Part shown: in pieces, positions 1 through 41,885 of the stretch | Layout of the letters: each line of letters starts with the position of its first letter | Position numbering within the stretch: position 1 is the first letter of the stretch | The notes under the pieces: model-generated | Databases searched by the model: none | Told to the model about the DNA's origin: nothing | The model's input: the letters and a program-made list of their open reading frames with translations, nothing else | Origin: Macrostomum lignano | Lineage: Eukaryota | NCBI GenBank assembly: GCA_002269645.1 | Contig: NIVC01003169.1 | Span: 43,146 to 107,145 of the forward strand | Length of the DNA stretch: 64,000 nucleotides | Direction: 5' to 3' | Translations under genes and position numbers: made by a program

Positions 1-323
1 ATGTGCCAGCGGCCCAGGTTCGATTCCAAGTGCAGTCACATTAATTTGCTAATTTGGAATCTCGACTTGGTCTGCTCGTGTTAACGCCTTTGAAAGCCAA
101 ATCACCCGAAGGCACAGTGAAGTGTACACGCCTAACGATAAATAAATTTAGGGCCGCTGTACACGTGAGTGTGTGCCTGTGCGTAAATCACTGTGTACGT
201 ATCCGCGTGCTTGTGTGCCTGCTCAGGGGAGTCGGCGAAATGGGCAGTAATGCCTCTCACCGATTGTGTGACAATGTCGCTTAAAGTGCGCCTTGGTGCA
301 CACAGTCCCCTGCCTCTAAAAAA
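1..323 (+). mobile_element. SINE family 1 copy, cut by the window edge
   Basis: Aligns with 48405-48722; B box GGTTCGATTCC at ~18-28. Confidence 0.72.
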
Positions 324-433
324 TGGGGTGCCCTTTCAGTTCTAACACAATTAGACACTGGAATTTGCTAATCCTTCTCCGTCGCTAGACGCTAAGCAAA
401 CAACGCGACAGGCAGTTTTATCTCAACACTCAC

Positions 434-26055
<25,622 letters not shown>

Positions 26056-27387
26056 AGTGCTTCAGTCCTTCGGAATTCAATACGATTGACAGGGGGCTCC
26101 ACTCTGTGGCTATGCCATGCCCGCTGCAGTCTGGCCTGAGGTAAAACACAGCGTTGAAAGCAGCCTCTACACGATACCAAGGGACAATGTGCCCCTGTAA
26201 GAACAGGAAAGAAGATAGACAGACAAGAGACTGGAGCACACAGGGCTAAGTGCCTATCTATCGTGTGTGAAACCAACCTCGAGCCGCTTGTTTACGATGC
26301 CACTTTATACAGACTCCATAGGGATTGAGTTGAGCTCAGATGAGAACGAGTGGCAGGGTGAGGCAGGTAAATACGAAATTAAATTGTATTCATTTTCTCT
26401 CTGCTTCTCTCCATTTCGCCATTCATTCTTTGCTCAATAGAAATGAATCGCTTTAAAAGCAGCTGTGTAGCAATTTCAAAGAGGGCCGGGAGGAGACCAA
26501 GTAACCATTGGTTGGCGCACTCCTCGGTTGCTGTTAGAGATGACTGAGAGGCTGAAATGCATATACTAAGGCCAGAGCTATAATAGTGGGGGCGTGTGCT
26601 CAATGCGCATCATGCAAATAAAGGCGCACTCGCCTGTACATCCACCACCTGTCCCATTGCTTCTATCTGCTGCAGATCTCCCCTGTGAATCTGCCAGCTC
26701 TGTACACCGTACAGCAGGAATGATTTGTTAGTCTGAGACAGCAGCAATAGCGTGATTATAGAATCATGGCGCAGCAGGGCAACTGACGACAAGCCGTAAT
26801 TCTTGCTTGTGTGCGCCACATGTGCGCAAAGCCTATAACAATGACGTCTGCACAGTGGTGCGATTGCCTGTGCCGTGCCCTATTGTTGCCGCGGATGTTT
26901 TGATAGACACGGTGGAAAACAATATACGTAATAAGTTGTCTATTCAGATTATTTAAAGACCAGACTAGTACCTGATTTTACTGCAGGTCTGCACTTCAAA
27001 AAGCAAGGAAAGGAGCATGAGGTCTGAGAAATGTCAATAGCAAGTAACGAAACTGTAATTACGTGACGCTATATGCAGACAAACATATTGTTGAGCTTTT
27101 CTAGCAATAATTTAGTTTTATATGTTCGTTACATAGGACAACAGTAGTTTCTCAGGTAAAATTTTTCTTCATTGATCATGGTGCAAATGGGCCTTACAAA
27201 CGCTGAGGCAATTCTGCCCATTCCGCTGACTCCTGAGTACGCAGGCACGCACTCGTACACCGTGAGGGTTGGCCCTCGTGGCTGTGAATAGCACGACAAC
27301 CCCCAATCAGATATTCGTGAACACAAGCCCCAGATGAATGTGGCCGCTCCTGCTAATACATGTAACTCCTCTGCATACTACGCGTAA

Positions 27388-27700
27388 TTAATAATAATAA
27401 TAATAATAAATAAATAATAATAATAATAAATGATTATACCTCTCCTAAAAGACAGATGCACAAAATACAGCTCAGCCGCAGCTATTGCGCGGCGCATCTG
27501 AAGGCTGCGTGCGGCTGTTCAGTCCAAGGACTGGGCGGGAGGGTCACCACACACACCCTCAATTACCCCAGCTAATGCTGGCACCCATTTTACAGCTGGA
27601 TGGGTGAGCTGAAGCAATGCAGAGTTAAGTGTCTTGCTCAAGGACACAAATTGTTCTGAGTGGGTCGAGAATTCAACGCTCTAATCACTAGGCTGAAACC
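27388..27700 (-). mobile_element. SINE family 2 copy with (TAA)n tail
   Basis: Same body; tail at 27388-27430. Confidence 0.75.
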
Positions 27701-30247
27701 CTTACTAGTACTAATTAATGCAGTGTGTATTTGTGATTTATGTCCACGTGCTCGCTTACAGAAAAGTCGAGAAGGAGCAAATCCGACTCTGCACATGCAG
27801 TTCTTTATGCAGGCCGTTCCTCCTAAAAAATAAGCGCTCACGGTAATGATTAGCTCAGCTGACCTGTAACAAGTGTGGAACGAAAATAAACCGGTATATG
27901 CAGTATATGGCCACACGAGAAATGTTTCACCTATTATTAGAAACCTTCCTTTGTAGTTCCTGTCTGTCTACTTACAAGCGTGCTATAAATACTATTCTAT
28001 ACTATGATAATATAAGGCAAAGCCTCTCGGGTCCTTTGAAACTTCACAATAACAATCCGGCCCGCTTAAGCTTTCTATCTCTTCTCAGTGCTCTTCTCTC
28101 TCTCTCTCCCCTCTTCTTCCCTGTCCTCTCCCTCTTCTCTCCTTTCTCCTATCTCCCTCAGTCATGCTCTACTCGTAGGATCTCCATCTAGCCTAATCTA
28201 TAGTAAATGGCAGGTGCATAATTGTTTAATGATTAAAAATCTACTTTTTTTCAACGAACAATATCCGAAACAGTTTTCAACTATGCCATGTCTTTGATGA
28301 ATGTCATCTTTTGATGATTTTTGCTAGAATTGTCATTGTGTCTCTGTTTTCTTGAGCCATTGGGTTTTTTAACCCCTACAGTAAATTTTTAAGTGAAAAC
28401 TTTATCCGATATATCCTGTTATCACGGAGAGCCCTATAAAAGTTCCAGCTATACATTTAAACAGGAAGTGTATCCCTCACAAGGCACTTTGGACTAGTTG
28501 TGCGTCCTATCCTCTTAAAGGATCGTTGGTCTCCCTGGCCTCATTGTTTCACGGGCTAGTTCACAGTTTGCTAATCTAAACTCTGACAGGGTACACTTTA
28601 ATTCTGGATTGGAAACTTCTAGAACATACTTTTCGGTTGAGTAGTGCCATTTCAAGCTTTTGCAAAGGAAGTAAAGGACTTCGATACCCGTCCATATTAA
28701 CAGATTTGCATTATTTTGTGGAAAATTTGCGTGTTTTACAAACAGGAGAAATAATAACATAAGTAATAGCATTCTCGTATGATTAGCGACATGTTTAGAC
28801 TCAGGCTATCATCAGTAACCCTCTTTAGAGCATTCTCAGGCGTGCGTGTGACCTCTCTCTCTCTCTCTTTCTTCGTTGCCGCTCTGTGTGGTCCACAAGA
28901 CTGCAATAGCCTAGATTAACGACCCCCCCCTTTTTCGTCTAAATGCATATACTAAAAATGGTTTGTCTATACTATAATTAAATACACCAATCAATCAATA
29001 TTCCTTATGAGCCTGACGATGCCTGACGCGAGGCGAAAAATGTCTAAGCCAAAAGTCAAGCCATGTCTAAGTCATTAGAGAATACTATAATGCTCACGTT
29101 CTTATACTTATACTCTTTACATTATTTTGCTATTCAATTTAACTTTGATATCACCAACCTCATTTCATCTGACGTGACACGTGAGCTCTATTAGTCTATG
29201 GCGCAGTATCAGTAGAACAGATCTAGAATAGTGTAGTCTATGGCCATAGACTATTTTCACTGAAAAGTCAGAGGACAGAGTGAGCTTCGAGGTTTGGGAA
29301 AGCGAAGGATAATGGAACGATAAATTGTTCGATCGATTTAACTTTGCGACTTCCCGGTCACGACTACAGACTGAAATGTGGCCATTGCTGTTGAGTCATA
29401 AAACTGTGCGTTGAGTCACAGAGAGCTAGCTCGATCTTCTCTTTTGTTCTAGTTCTTTCTCCCCCTTTTCTCTGGCTCTTATCCCCTAAAATTTTTGTGC
29501 TCACCTCACCCTGACTTGACTTGGAGTTCCTCGCCAATTTGACTCCCCTCACTCCATGGCTCCTCTCTCAGAACCAGTCTCAGACCATTTTCACCTCTTT
29601 CCCCCGCCTGTTCAGTCCCGTCATCCTCATTGTGCGCTCATCCCTCCTATGATGTTCAAAAATTGAGGGCTTTTTAACTGAGTCGCTACTTTTCTGAACG
29701 ATGAACTTGCATACATATAGAGTGATGATGAACAACAAGCTGAGGGAGAGGCTTTCTCGTCTCTCATTCATTTACTAGCTCTGCCCAACCGAGCGCAGAA
29801 GCCTCTTCCTACTCTCTCTCTCTACTCTACTCTCTCTTACCCCCCATAAAGACAGGGTCTCTCTCTAGTTTGCCACTTCTCCGTATGCACGGCGCTTGCA
29901 TGGAAGAATGACGTGTGAGACCACAGAGCGTGCACCCACCTCATTTCATTGCTCGGCCCTGCTAGCCAACGGAGCTCTTGTCCGACTGTCGACAACCTCA
30001 TTCTCTACCTCTACCAGACCCAGACTTATGCACAGTAAGGAAACGGTTCACACTCAGAATTCAAATACAAACTGTATATGCTTCTAGCCCCAACAATTGA
30101 CACCCTACGAGTCTACAGAAGCGAAGAAAATGTTGCACGTCAGTAGAGCAAAGCTTTTATCAAACAATACGTGCGCAGACAGATTATGAGCCGTTGCATC
30201 AACTAATCTACTCTTCAAAATAGGGTTGCCGAATTCCTACATCAAAA

Positions 30248-33200
30248 ATGTCAATCAGGCGCCTGAGCTGGCCAAGACGAGGCACATCGCTGCTGCTGGC
30301 CTTCCTCGTACTGCTGATAATTTACTATTGGAACCAAATGGGCTTGAAGCTCAACTTCGAGCCAGACGCGTACTTCCTAGACCCGGTGTTGGGCCAATAT
30401 ATTCGCAGCAAGTTTCCTCTGCCGCAGAAGGCATCGCCTACCGTCAAAATGGTGCACTTCATGCACAAGAGTTACCTAGTGCTGCCCGATCACAGGCGGT
30501 TTCTTAGCAGCTGGAGGTAAGCTGGCTAAACATGTGTTATAAATTATTTTTCTTGGGTTTTGGAGAATATTTGGAGAAGTCATTGGGGGAATTCCGTGGC
30601 CCTAGCGCAACCATGGCTGGTGTGAATTCTTTGCGCATAATTCGGGAACTCTATCTACCTACCTACCTACCTTCCTACTTACCTACTTTCCTACCTACCA
30701 ACAACCTACCTATCTACCTACCTACCTACCTACATACCTACCTACCTACTTACCTACCTACCTACCTACCTACCTACCTACCTTCCCACCTAATTTCCTT
30801 TCTAATCTACCTAATTCATCCACCTTCCTATACCTACCTATCTACTCGTACCTTACCTACCCATCCTCATACCTACCTACTTTCCTACCTACCTACCTAC
30901 CTACCTACCTACCTACCTACCTACCTACCGGCTACCTACCTACTTACCTGCCTAACCTACCTATCTACCCTACCTACTCTACCTTCCTTTGAAGTTTATT
31001 ATAAAACTGCCGTTCTGTATTGCATCCAATTGTAATCGACCCAAACATTGAAACATTGTGCAATTTAACTAAAAGACATGATCGTCCCCCAATGGGAGGC
31101 TTTTAATTAAAAAATTTAAATGCTGCACAAAAACATACCCGCAAGGTCCAATTAGTGCGAATGCTCACAAGTACATTCGATTATTGGGAAGAAGAAACAG
31201 GGCACTTCGTTTTCAGGAAAGTTTCAAGATATAAAGGGCTATCAGATAATATCTTACCAAGGAAAATAAAAAAACTGGTTTTCGAAAAAAATATTTATTC
31301 TAAAAAATCAAACTGCCATATAAGAGTCTTCCATAGTTTCATAATAAACATAATAGGAGAAAGAATATATAACCATATTATCTCTTGAGAGTTTAGACAA
31401 AGGACTAGCAATATTCCCCCCACATTGGGTAAGAAACAAAAAAGCGAATCATTTGTTTGAATCAACTACATATATAATAGCTTTCGACCTTGTACAGTCA
31501 CTATTGTTAGTTTCTCCAGGAAGATAATGTTTAAGGAAAATGAAGTTTAAAGCTATCCAGCCTAAGAAGAGATCAGCATCCCATGTGGACCTTGGGCATC
31601 AAAGCCTCGGTCTCAACTCGAAAACAATTATAGCATCTTAGAAACCGCCCATGAGCCATTTAAAGAGGCACATTTTCTTTTTTAAATTTAATTAAAAGTC
31701 AAACTGACATATAATATTGACTAGATTCGCGGAGATTGAGTATTCTCCGCTCCCTGTATTCGCGGGACACGTTTTGTCTATGGTAGAAGAAAGTGTTCAA
31801 TCAACCTCACTCTGGCTCAAGGCGTTAATTTTATTGTCTATGGCAGCAGAGGTTACTTAGTGAGAATCTCCGCTAGCAAAGCACTAGCGACATAGACAAG
31901 GCGTACAAACAAGACAAGCCATACATAGACAAGCCATTCAACCTCACTCTGGCTCAAGGCGTTAATTTTATTGTCTATGGCAGCAGAGGTTACTTAGTGA
32001 GAATCTCCGCTAGCAAAGCACTAGCGACATAGACAAGGCGTACAAGCAAGACAAGCCATACATAGACAAGCCATTCAACCTCACTCTGGCTCAAGGCGTT
32101 AATTTTATTGTCTATGGCAGCAGAGGTTACTTAGTGAGAATCTCAGCTAGCAAAGCACTAGCGACATAGACAAGGCGTACAGGCAAAGTGGGATACTGTT
32201 CATCTTTTGATATGACTTGCCCTTCCCCATAACTCTATTGATATTTGTAGAGCTTTTTGCTTAGAATAATAGGCTTTACTTACTTACTTACTTACTTACT
32301 ACCGACGGGGGGCAGAACGCCGCGATTAGGCCGCGAGGCCCCTATCACAACCACAAGCTAAAAACAGAAAGGCGTTAGCCTTAGGGCTGCGCCCCCCTCC
32401 TTGCCGGCAGCAGAAGCGCTCGCGAGAGTGGCGTTTGCGATCTTCATCCGTCCAGAATCCCGAACGAATGCGCGCAGGTCACGGATCCGGTCCGGAGTGG
32501 TGAGCTCGTCCAGCCTTAGCGGGTGACCGAGGTGACGTCTCCGCGCCTCGTTGAAGTGCGGGCAGAAAGTGACGTGGTGCGTCGAGGTTTCCTCCTCTAG
32601 ATCACAGAATGGACAGATAGGGGAGCAGCCACTTTGCACTGAAATGTGTCTCTGGAAGAAGTCATGGCCAGTAATGACCATGCACATCTCCCTGAGGTCA
32701 GTTTTACTTAAGGAGATTAGATATTCGCATACTTTCCGGATTATGACAGGCATTGCCTTTCGTGTCTGCCGATATTCGGGGCAGCTGTTCCAGTGGATCT
32801 GGTGCTGGTGGTTCATCCACTCTTGAAAGACTTTAACTATACTTGGTTAATATAGGCCGCGTTCATAAAAAAAGTATTTGTCTGCATGCTTGAATTATTT
32901 TGTAACAGTTAAAAACCCATCTTTTTTGCACGATCAATAAATTAAGCATGATAAAAAATGATTCATAAAACGAATCAATAAGCTTGTATTATTGTTATGA
33001 TTTTTAGGCACAGGACACGTCATATCAAAAGATGAACTTTGGGTCTGCCTGCATCAAAAGCAATTTTTAACTTCTGTGCTGAAGAAATGGAAGCCTCCTA
33101 TCTCCGTAATGCATTGTTTCGGTAAAATCTGTCTCCTAAAATTTTCCGAGAAACGTAGTTTCTCGTCTTTCTACTGGAGTAGTCCTCGAACATCTGATGC

Positions 33201-35619
33201 TTAAAGACATTGCCTTTCTATCTTTTTTTAAGCACAAAAAGTTAAGTTTTCGTATCAAGTAGCGTTTAGTTTAGTTTAGAGAAAATCGAAGATATCATTA
33301 TTTTCATTATAGTCCCACTTCGGCTATGTGATTAATGGCTGGTTTGCATTACCTTTGGTAGCTCCCCCATTGAATCAGTTTTAAAATTAGGTGCTACTTG
33401 ATGTGATAATGTGAACCGGCCTTAACCAGTCTGACTCTCGCGGCACAACCCCTGGCGGAATTCATTTCCGTGCGCGGTTTGATGTAGAATGATAGCAATC
33501 CCAGAGAGACCATACAGTCATATTTCTGAATCGTGCTATTTCTTGACTACTTTGTCAAGAACCATGGCTACCGCAAGGTTTTGCTAGCTGGCTTATCTAT
33601 AGTCTGGGTAACGCTTGGCCTCTGTGCGACGGAAATACTTTTGGAGTAATCTAAGTTACAATCGAGTTCACTCCGAAATTTCTTTTTATCAGTGACGGCG
33701 GATTCAAACGAATGTAGCGCCAATAGCAGTTTAAGGCGGATATGGACTTTTCTTGACCTAGCATTTTTTGCATTGGTCCAACTTTGCCGTACGTTTGCGT
33801 AATTATGACCGCCACTAAGTCGCACTCGCAAGTCTGTTTTACATTGTGATTAAACCCGAGTTGGAATAAGTTCTCACAATATTCAATTATCTTGCAAACC
33901 AGGCAAGTCTACCCAAGCTACGATCTGTACTTCTGGACTGACGCCGACATCGAGCGTCTGGTGACCACCCGCTACCCCGAGCTGCGCAATTTCTACAAGA
34001 AGCGGCTCGGCAACCCGCTTGAGCGCTCCGACGTCGCCCGCGTGCTGATCTTGCACGCCTTCGGGGGCTGGTACGCCGACCTGGACGCCGGCAGCCAGCT
34101 GAACGCCGAGAACATCACGGAGAGACACTCGCTCATAGTGCCGCTGGAGCCCTTCTTGCACGCCATGATTCCATTCAACCGCAGACGCTTGGTCAACAAT
34201 GCTATCATGTACAGCACACCCGGGCACCCCTTCTGGATGTTCCTTATCAGTCGTATCGCACACCGCATCTTCGCTTTGCCGAACACTCCGAGGTATGCGC
34301 AATTATTGTAATTAAAGGAATGTGGGCTTAGGGGGAAATGAGAAGTCAGACTACTTAGCGAAAAGAAAAATCCGTGCTTTCCTGTAGCGTCATCAGAATT
34401 AGAAAGCACACAAAAATTAGCTTTTTGTAGCATCATCGGGATCTCAAGGACTACTTAAGTAGAAGCAGGCAAGACTCAGAATTGGTGAAAATTTCATTGG
34501 ATGGCGATTTTTTAATGTATCTCCTGTGCACTTTAGTCGTCCTTGCGGGATCTGAGAGCACACAAACATTAGCTCCCTGTAGCATCATCAAAATCTGAGA
34601 GCACACAAACATTAGCTCCCTGTAGCATCATCAGAATCTGCGGGCACACGAACATTAGCTCCCTGTAGCATCATCAAAATCTGAGAGCACACAAACATTA
34701 GCTCCCTGTAGCATCATCAGAATCTGAGGGCACACAAGCATTAGCTCCCTGTAGCATCATCAGAATCTGAGGGCACACAAGCATTAGCTCCCTGTAGCAT
34801 CATCAGAATCTGAGGGCACACAAGCATTAGCTCCCTGTAGCATCATCAGAATCTGAGGGCACACAAACATTAGCTCCCTGTAGCATCATCAAAATCTGAG
34901 AGCACACAAACATTAGCTCCCTGTAGCATCATCAGAATCTGAGAGCACACAAACATTAGCTCCCTGTAGCATCATCAGAATCTGAGGGCACACAAGCATT
35001 AGCTCCCTGTAGCATCATCAGAATCTGAGGGCACACAAGCATTAGCTCCCTGTAGCATCATCAGAATCTGAGGGCACACAAGCATTAGCTCCCTGTAGCA
35101 TCATCAGAATCTGAGAGCAGGCGATCATTAGGTCCCTGTACATGTAACATCATCAGAATCTGAAAGTACACTAGCGTTAGGTCCTTGTACTTTACTTTGC
35201 CCTCCCTCTTCAGGAAAAAAATAAGCGCTGTGGAGAACACCGGTCCCCTGATCATGACTCCGGCCATGGAGCAGTTTGCCGCTGCGCACGCGGCTTCGTG
35301 CGGCGACCTCAGAGACGGCCTCGGTAGAGTCTTCGGCTGTCCGTACGTACCCTTGCCACGCAGATTCTTGCCTCTGATCGATAACAGCTCTAATTGGATG
35401 GCAAGCTGGGCCAAAATCATGTGTCCTTTTGTGTTCTCGGAGCCCCAGATAATTGATGAGTGCCAATGGCGCCGTTCTACGAACTTTGATAACTCGCTGC
35501 CATCTGACTCATACACATATCACTCATTTTTGCACCTTACGGGCGAAAAGGTGGCCGCAACAAATATTTCCACTTTTAATTTGAATATTCGATTTAATCC
35601 AATGAATTATCTCGTATAG
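30248..35619 (+). CDS. GT32-family DXD glycosyltransferase (MIPC-synthase/alpha-1,4-glycosyltransferase-like), type II membrane protein, ~354 aa
   Basis: Exons 30248-30516, 33903-34292, 35214-35619, both introns phase 2 with GT-AG ends. N-terminal anchor [15 protein letters not shown]; [18 protein letters not shown]; ERSDVAR; GGWYADLD (DXD); [14 protein letters not shown]; TGPLIMT. AATAAA at 35637-35642. Confidence 0.85.
30652..30985. repeat. Degenerate (CCTA)n microsatellite in GT32 intron 1
   Basis: Directly visible. Confidence 0.9.
31802..32185. repeat. ~3 tandem copies of a 137-bp unit
   Basis: CAACCTCACTCTGGCTCAAGG recurs at 31802, 31939 and 32076. Confidence 0.92.
32276..32830 (-). 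mobile_element. 5'-truncated non-LTR retrotransposon 3' end (LOA/I group)
   Basis: RQTRK...[16 protein letters not shown]...[30 protein letters not shown] zinc knuckle, followed by a (TAAG)n tail at 32276-32300. Confidence 0.8.
33015..33188. mobile_element. Diverged right arm of the CAAGGAC MITE family
   Basis: CATATCAAAAGATGAAC...CCTATCTCCGTA...AAAATTTTCCGAGAAACG...CTACTGGAGTAGTCCTCG aligns by eye with 12830-12993. Confidence 0.65.
34445..34545. mobile_element. 101-bp miniature member of the CAAGGAC MITE family
   Basis: Starts CAAGGACTACTTAAGTAG, ends ACTTTAGTCGTCCTTG, flanked by a perfect 8-bp TSD CGGGATCT. Confidence 0.85.
34555..35115. repeat. 43-bp minisatellite, ~13 units, GT32 intron 2
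   Basis: Unit GAGGGCACACAAGCATTAGCTCCCTGTAGCATCATCAGAATCT; degenerate units also at ~34375-34444 and ~35115-35190. Confidence 0.95.
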
Positions 35620-37610
35620 CTAAGGTATTCAATGAGAATAAATATTGGTTTTCACGTTTTGCGTTCTTTAATATAGAACTATACTAGCCTACAGTACGTT
35701 GTATATTAGTTGTAACTTAAGAAACAGGATTTGTCACTATGTTATATAATCTATTGCTGGAAATTGCCATTTCTACTGCGTGCACTTGAGGCTAACTTTG
35801 TGTTTTTTTCATGTTCTTTTCTAGCTTTTACTTAAAGATGTACTGTAAAATTTGTTATTAAGCGTTAATAATGAGTTTGTCTTGCGCAAGTACGTATTAC
35901 ACCAAAAATAGATGATGATCTGTTTGCCCAATCCTGTTATATGTCACGACTCGGGTGCTACATGAATTTTCCGTCGCTTCTTTGCCGCTGTACAATAAAT
36001 ATTTCGGCCTAGTGGTTTCAAAAATTTATTCTGAGATTGAAAATTAAAGTGGAAGGAATTTATTATTTTTTTAACATTTGTGCGTTCTAATTAAAAAGCA
36101 AAAATAATCCTAAAAAGAGCATGCATGCATAAATTTAAAAGCCCAGATACCAAAAACATACATGCACATGAATTTATGGAGTTAAAAATTCTTCAGGGCT
36201 GAGGGCTTCAGGGCTGATGATATACATACAAATCGTGAACTGTAATATGTAAAAGCAATTTAATACCGGGATTAAAGAAAACTAGTGCATAAATAATTTT
36301 AAAATTGGCGACCAAAGTTTTCTTCTTGTACCAGAAAAAAATTTAGATGCAATTTTGTTTTTCTTTTCGCGTCAATTTTTGAGGCACTAATTCGAAATAG
36401 TTCTTCTCGTCGTAAACAAACCCAATTTCGCTTTGAATACTTCAAAAGGTTCTAAATAGGTTGTTTAAATCTCAAAAGTAAGAACTATTTATGCGTTAGG
36501 TATATAGGCGTATGTTAAATTGAGTGATTAAACTATATTAAAAAAATTATTCTTTTTTTTAAGTACGACATTAATAGAAATCATACATCACGATAAAATG
36601 AGAAAAAATTAAGTGTTGCTTTCAATGCTTTATTTCTTTACCAAATTATGTAGTTGTTTTTTGCTTTATAACATTGTACCTTATAGCCATTTTTTACTTT
36701 TATTAGCCGTTTTATTGCTATTTGGGAGCATACCTAAAGTTACATTCGAGCTTCCATTTATTAAATATGTATCTTGTTACAAACTAAATGTAGGTAAAAA
36801 ATAATAAATAGCTTGTGTTAACTTGTATGGTCATATCTTGCAATTGCAAAGTACCGTTTTCTGGAAATTCCCATTGCCGACGTTTACTGATTTATTGCTT
36901 TGGATTATGAAACTTTTATATTATGAATTTTGGTTTTTAGCTGCTCTCTTCTAAAGCTAAGTTGAGATCAAATTTTTTTAGTACGAAGCTAAGTTCATGA
37001 AGCCACAGCCAAAGCCTCAATTGTTTTGTATACTTTGATCAATTAAAATGATGATTGAGATTGAGCAAATATAATGGCTTCAATATTACTGAATTAGTTT
37101 ACTTTTTTACATTTGTTAAGAAAGAGTAAGATTATTATTTAGAGTAATTTACTACCAAAATATATTTAATTTTCAGTAAAAATTAAAAAAAGAATTTTCT
37201 AAATTATCTTAGCCAACTACATAGATATTGAAGAATTTGAATAAATAAATATTATTTATTTGACTCAACTTAAATTCTTGTACTATTCTTTGGTTTTAGT
37301 CATAATTAGATTATTGCAGCTATATAATATGATAATCTATAAATATTATAACGCTCATGTTTACATAGAACTTTTAGCATGAAGTTTATATCTAAAATTA
37401 TATTAGTAACTGTAATTTTTTAGTAGCCACAAATTTAGGACATATTTTTCAAACCTTTTTAGACATTTATATGCACTGTACGAGAACAGACCAAAGTTAT
37501 ATCTTTATATTTATTACAAATAGTCATCGAAAGTTGACTAACATGGCAAAAATTGATTTAAATTGTCTTGTACTTTTGAATAGATTTATTTTAATAAATT
37601 TACCTTGCAG

Positions 37611-40203
<2,593 letters not shown>

Positions 40204-40532
40204 CTGCAGTTTGTGCGAATGCGGCTTGATTAAAGAGGATCAGAACGAAGCAGTGGACAGCTGGAAGCGCATATGAAAAATGAACACTTTTTTAAAGACA
40301 GTATAGAATCTCTTTTAAGCTCTTAAATGCAGTTCTTATACGACGCAACCTTAATTTTTTATTAACCAACGAAAAAAACTATTAGCTGTTATTTTTAGCG
40401 TAAGAACCGGGGGCATCGCCATTGAATTTTTGTGGGAAACGAAAAATTCAAATAATAATATTCAGAATCAGTGTTGTTAGTACTGATTTTAGTGCCGCAG
40501 GGTAAGACTACAGCATCTAATGTTTTATTTTA

Positions 40533-40888
40533 GGTCTACAGGAACTCATTTTAGCACTACAGGCACTCATTTTAGCTCTACAGGCACTCATTTTAGCTAT
40601 ACAGGCACTCATTTCAGCTCTATAGGCACTTTTTTTAGCGCTACAGGCACTCATTTTAGCTCTACAGGCACTCATTTTAGCTCTACAGGCACTCATTTTA
40701 GCTCTACAGGCACTCTTTTTAGCTCTACAGGCACTCATTTTAGCTCTACAGGCACTCATTTTAGCTCTACAGGCACTCATTTTAGCTCTACAGGCACTCA
40801 TTTTAGCTCTACAGGCACTCATTTTAGCGCTACAGGCACTCATTTTAGCTCTACAGGCACTCATTTTAGCTCTACAGGCACTCATTTT
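40533..40888. repeat. 21-bp minisatellite, ~17 units, downstream of the PKC stop
   Basis: Unit TTTTAGCTCTACAGGCACTCA. Confidence 0.95.
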
Positions 40889-41885
40889 GCTGGTTGAAAC
40901 AAACTTTGTTTCTAGTCAATAAAGTTAAAAAAACCAAAACCGGTCACCTAGATGGGAAAAAAGTATCTGAGATCTCAGTCGTGTCTCATATTTTACTGGC
41001 GAAGCCCCATACATGTACAAGCGCTGTCACTTACAAGTGATTGGTCATTCTAGTGGACTACTGCAGTAATTTAATCTACCTGTAATAGCTTTTTTCATCG
41101 CAGTCTATTTGATCAATTCTGGCTAGATAGCTGTGTAACTGTGTATCAGTACTAAAAAATATCTTTGCTAACCAGCTAATCTCCACAGATACTACATGCC
41201 GCCCTAGATGATGGTTCACTAGATGCTTAGCATTGCTTAGCAAAACTACTCTCTATTCAGTAGTATGAGCGAAAAAAAGCAAAATTTCGCGCGTGTGACC
41301 GGAGCAGCCAGGCCATCAGTTTTTTAAATTTTTTTGTGCCACTGTAGACACAGAGTAGCGAGTCAAATTGACGCATTAAGACAGTGCTGTGTGAACCATC
41401 CAGGGTGTTAGTATCTGTGCTACTTACAGACAGTTACAGGTAAAAAATTATCATGCATGCTGCCAGCAGTAGTAGCAAAAATAATCGAATCTCAGTGCTA
41501 TTTCTCAAGCTTTACTTTATAAATGTTATAAAGTAAATATTTAATGCTTGCCATTTTTGTGTGATGACACTTTATTTGAATATTAAAGTATCGCTGCTGG
41601 GTCACTCACCATCCGCGCCTGTAGAAGTCTTTTTATAGCAGATTTTTATGCATGCATAAATTGAATTATTTGTCAAGTCGTTGCAAAACTTTCTGGACTG
41701 CTGGGTTTACTGTTGCATCTTTAACTGAATTGAAATTTTTACGCAACAACTCCTTTCACAGCTGCTCTATTGGAAATGCAAAAGAGTTCCACAGGCTGAA
41801 CAAAACCTAAAAAAATTGCCATATAGGCAACTTCCAGATGGAATATCATGACGAGAAATCCGAACGAATGCAGTGTTGGCGAGGC

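Noticed and set aside
34555-35115. Box C/D-like CTGATGA in each 43-bp unit
   Set aside because: Antisense to the host gene, no terminal stems, boxes overlap within a plain tandem repeat.
40517-40897. MSACRAK / THFSSTG repeat proteins
   Set aside because: Open only because the unit is 21 bp; no unique coding flanks or credible gene structure.
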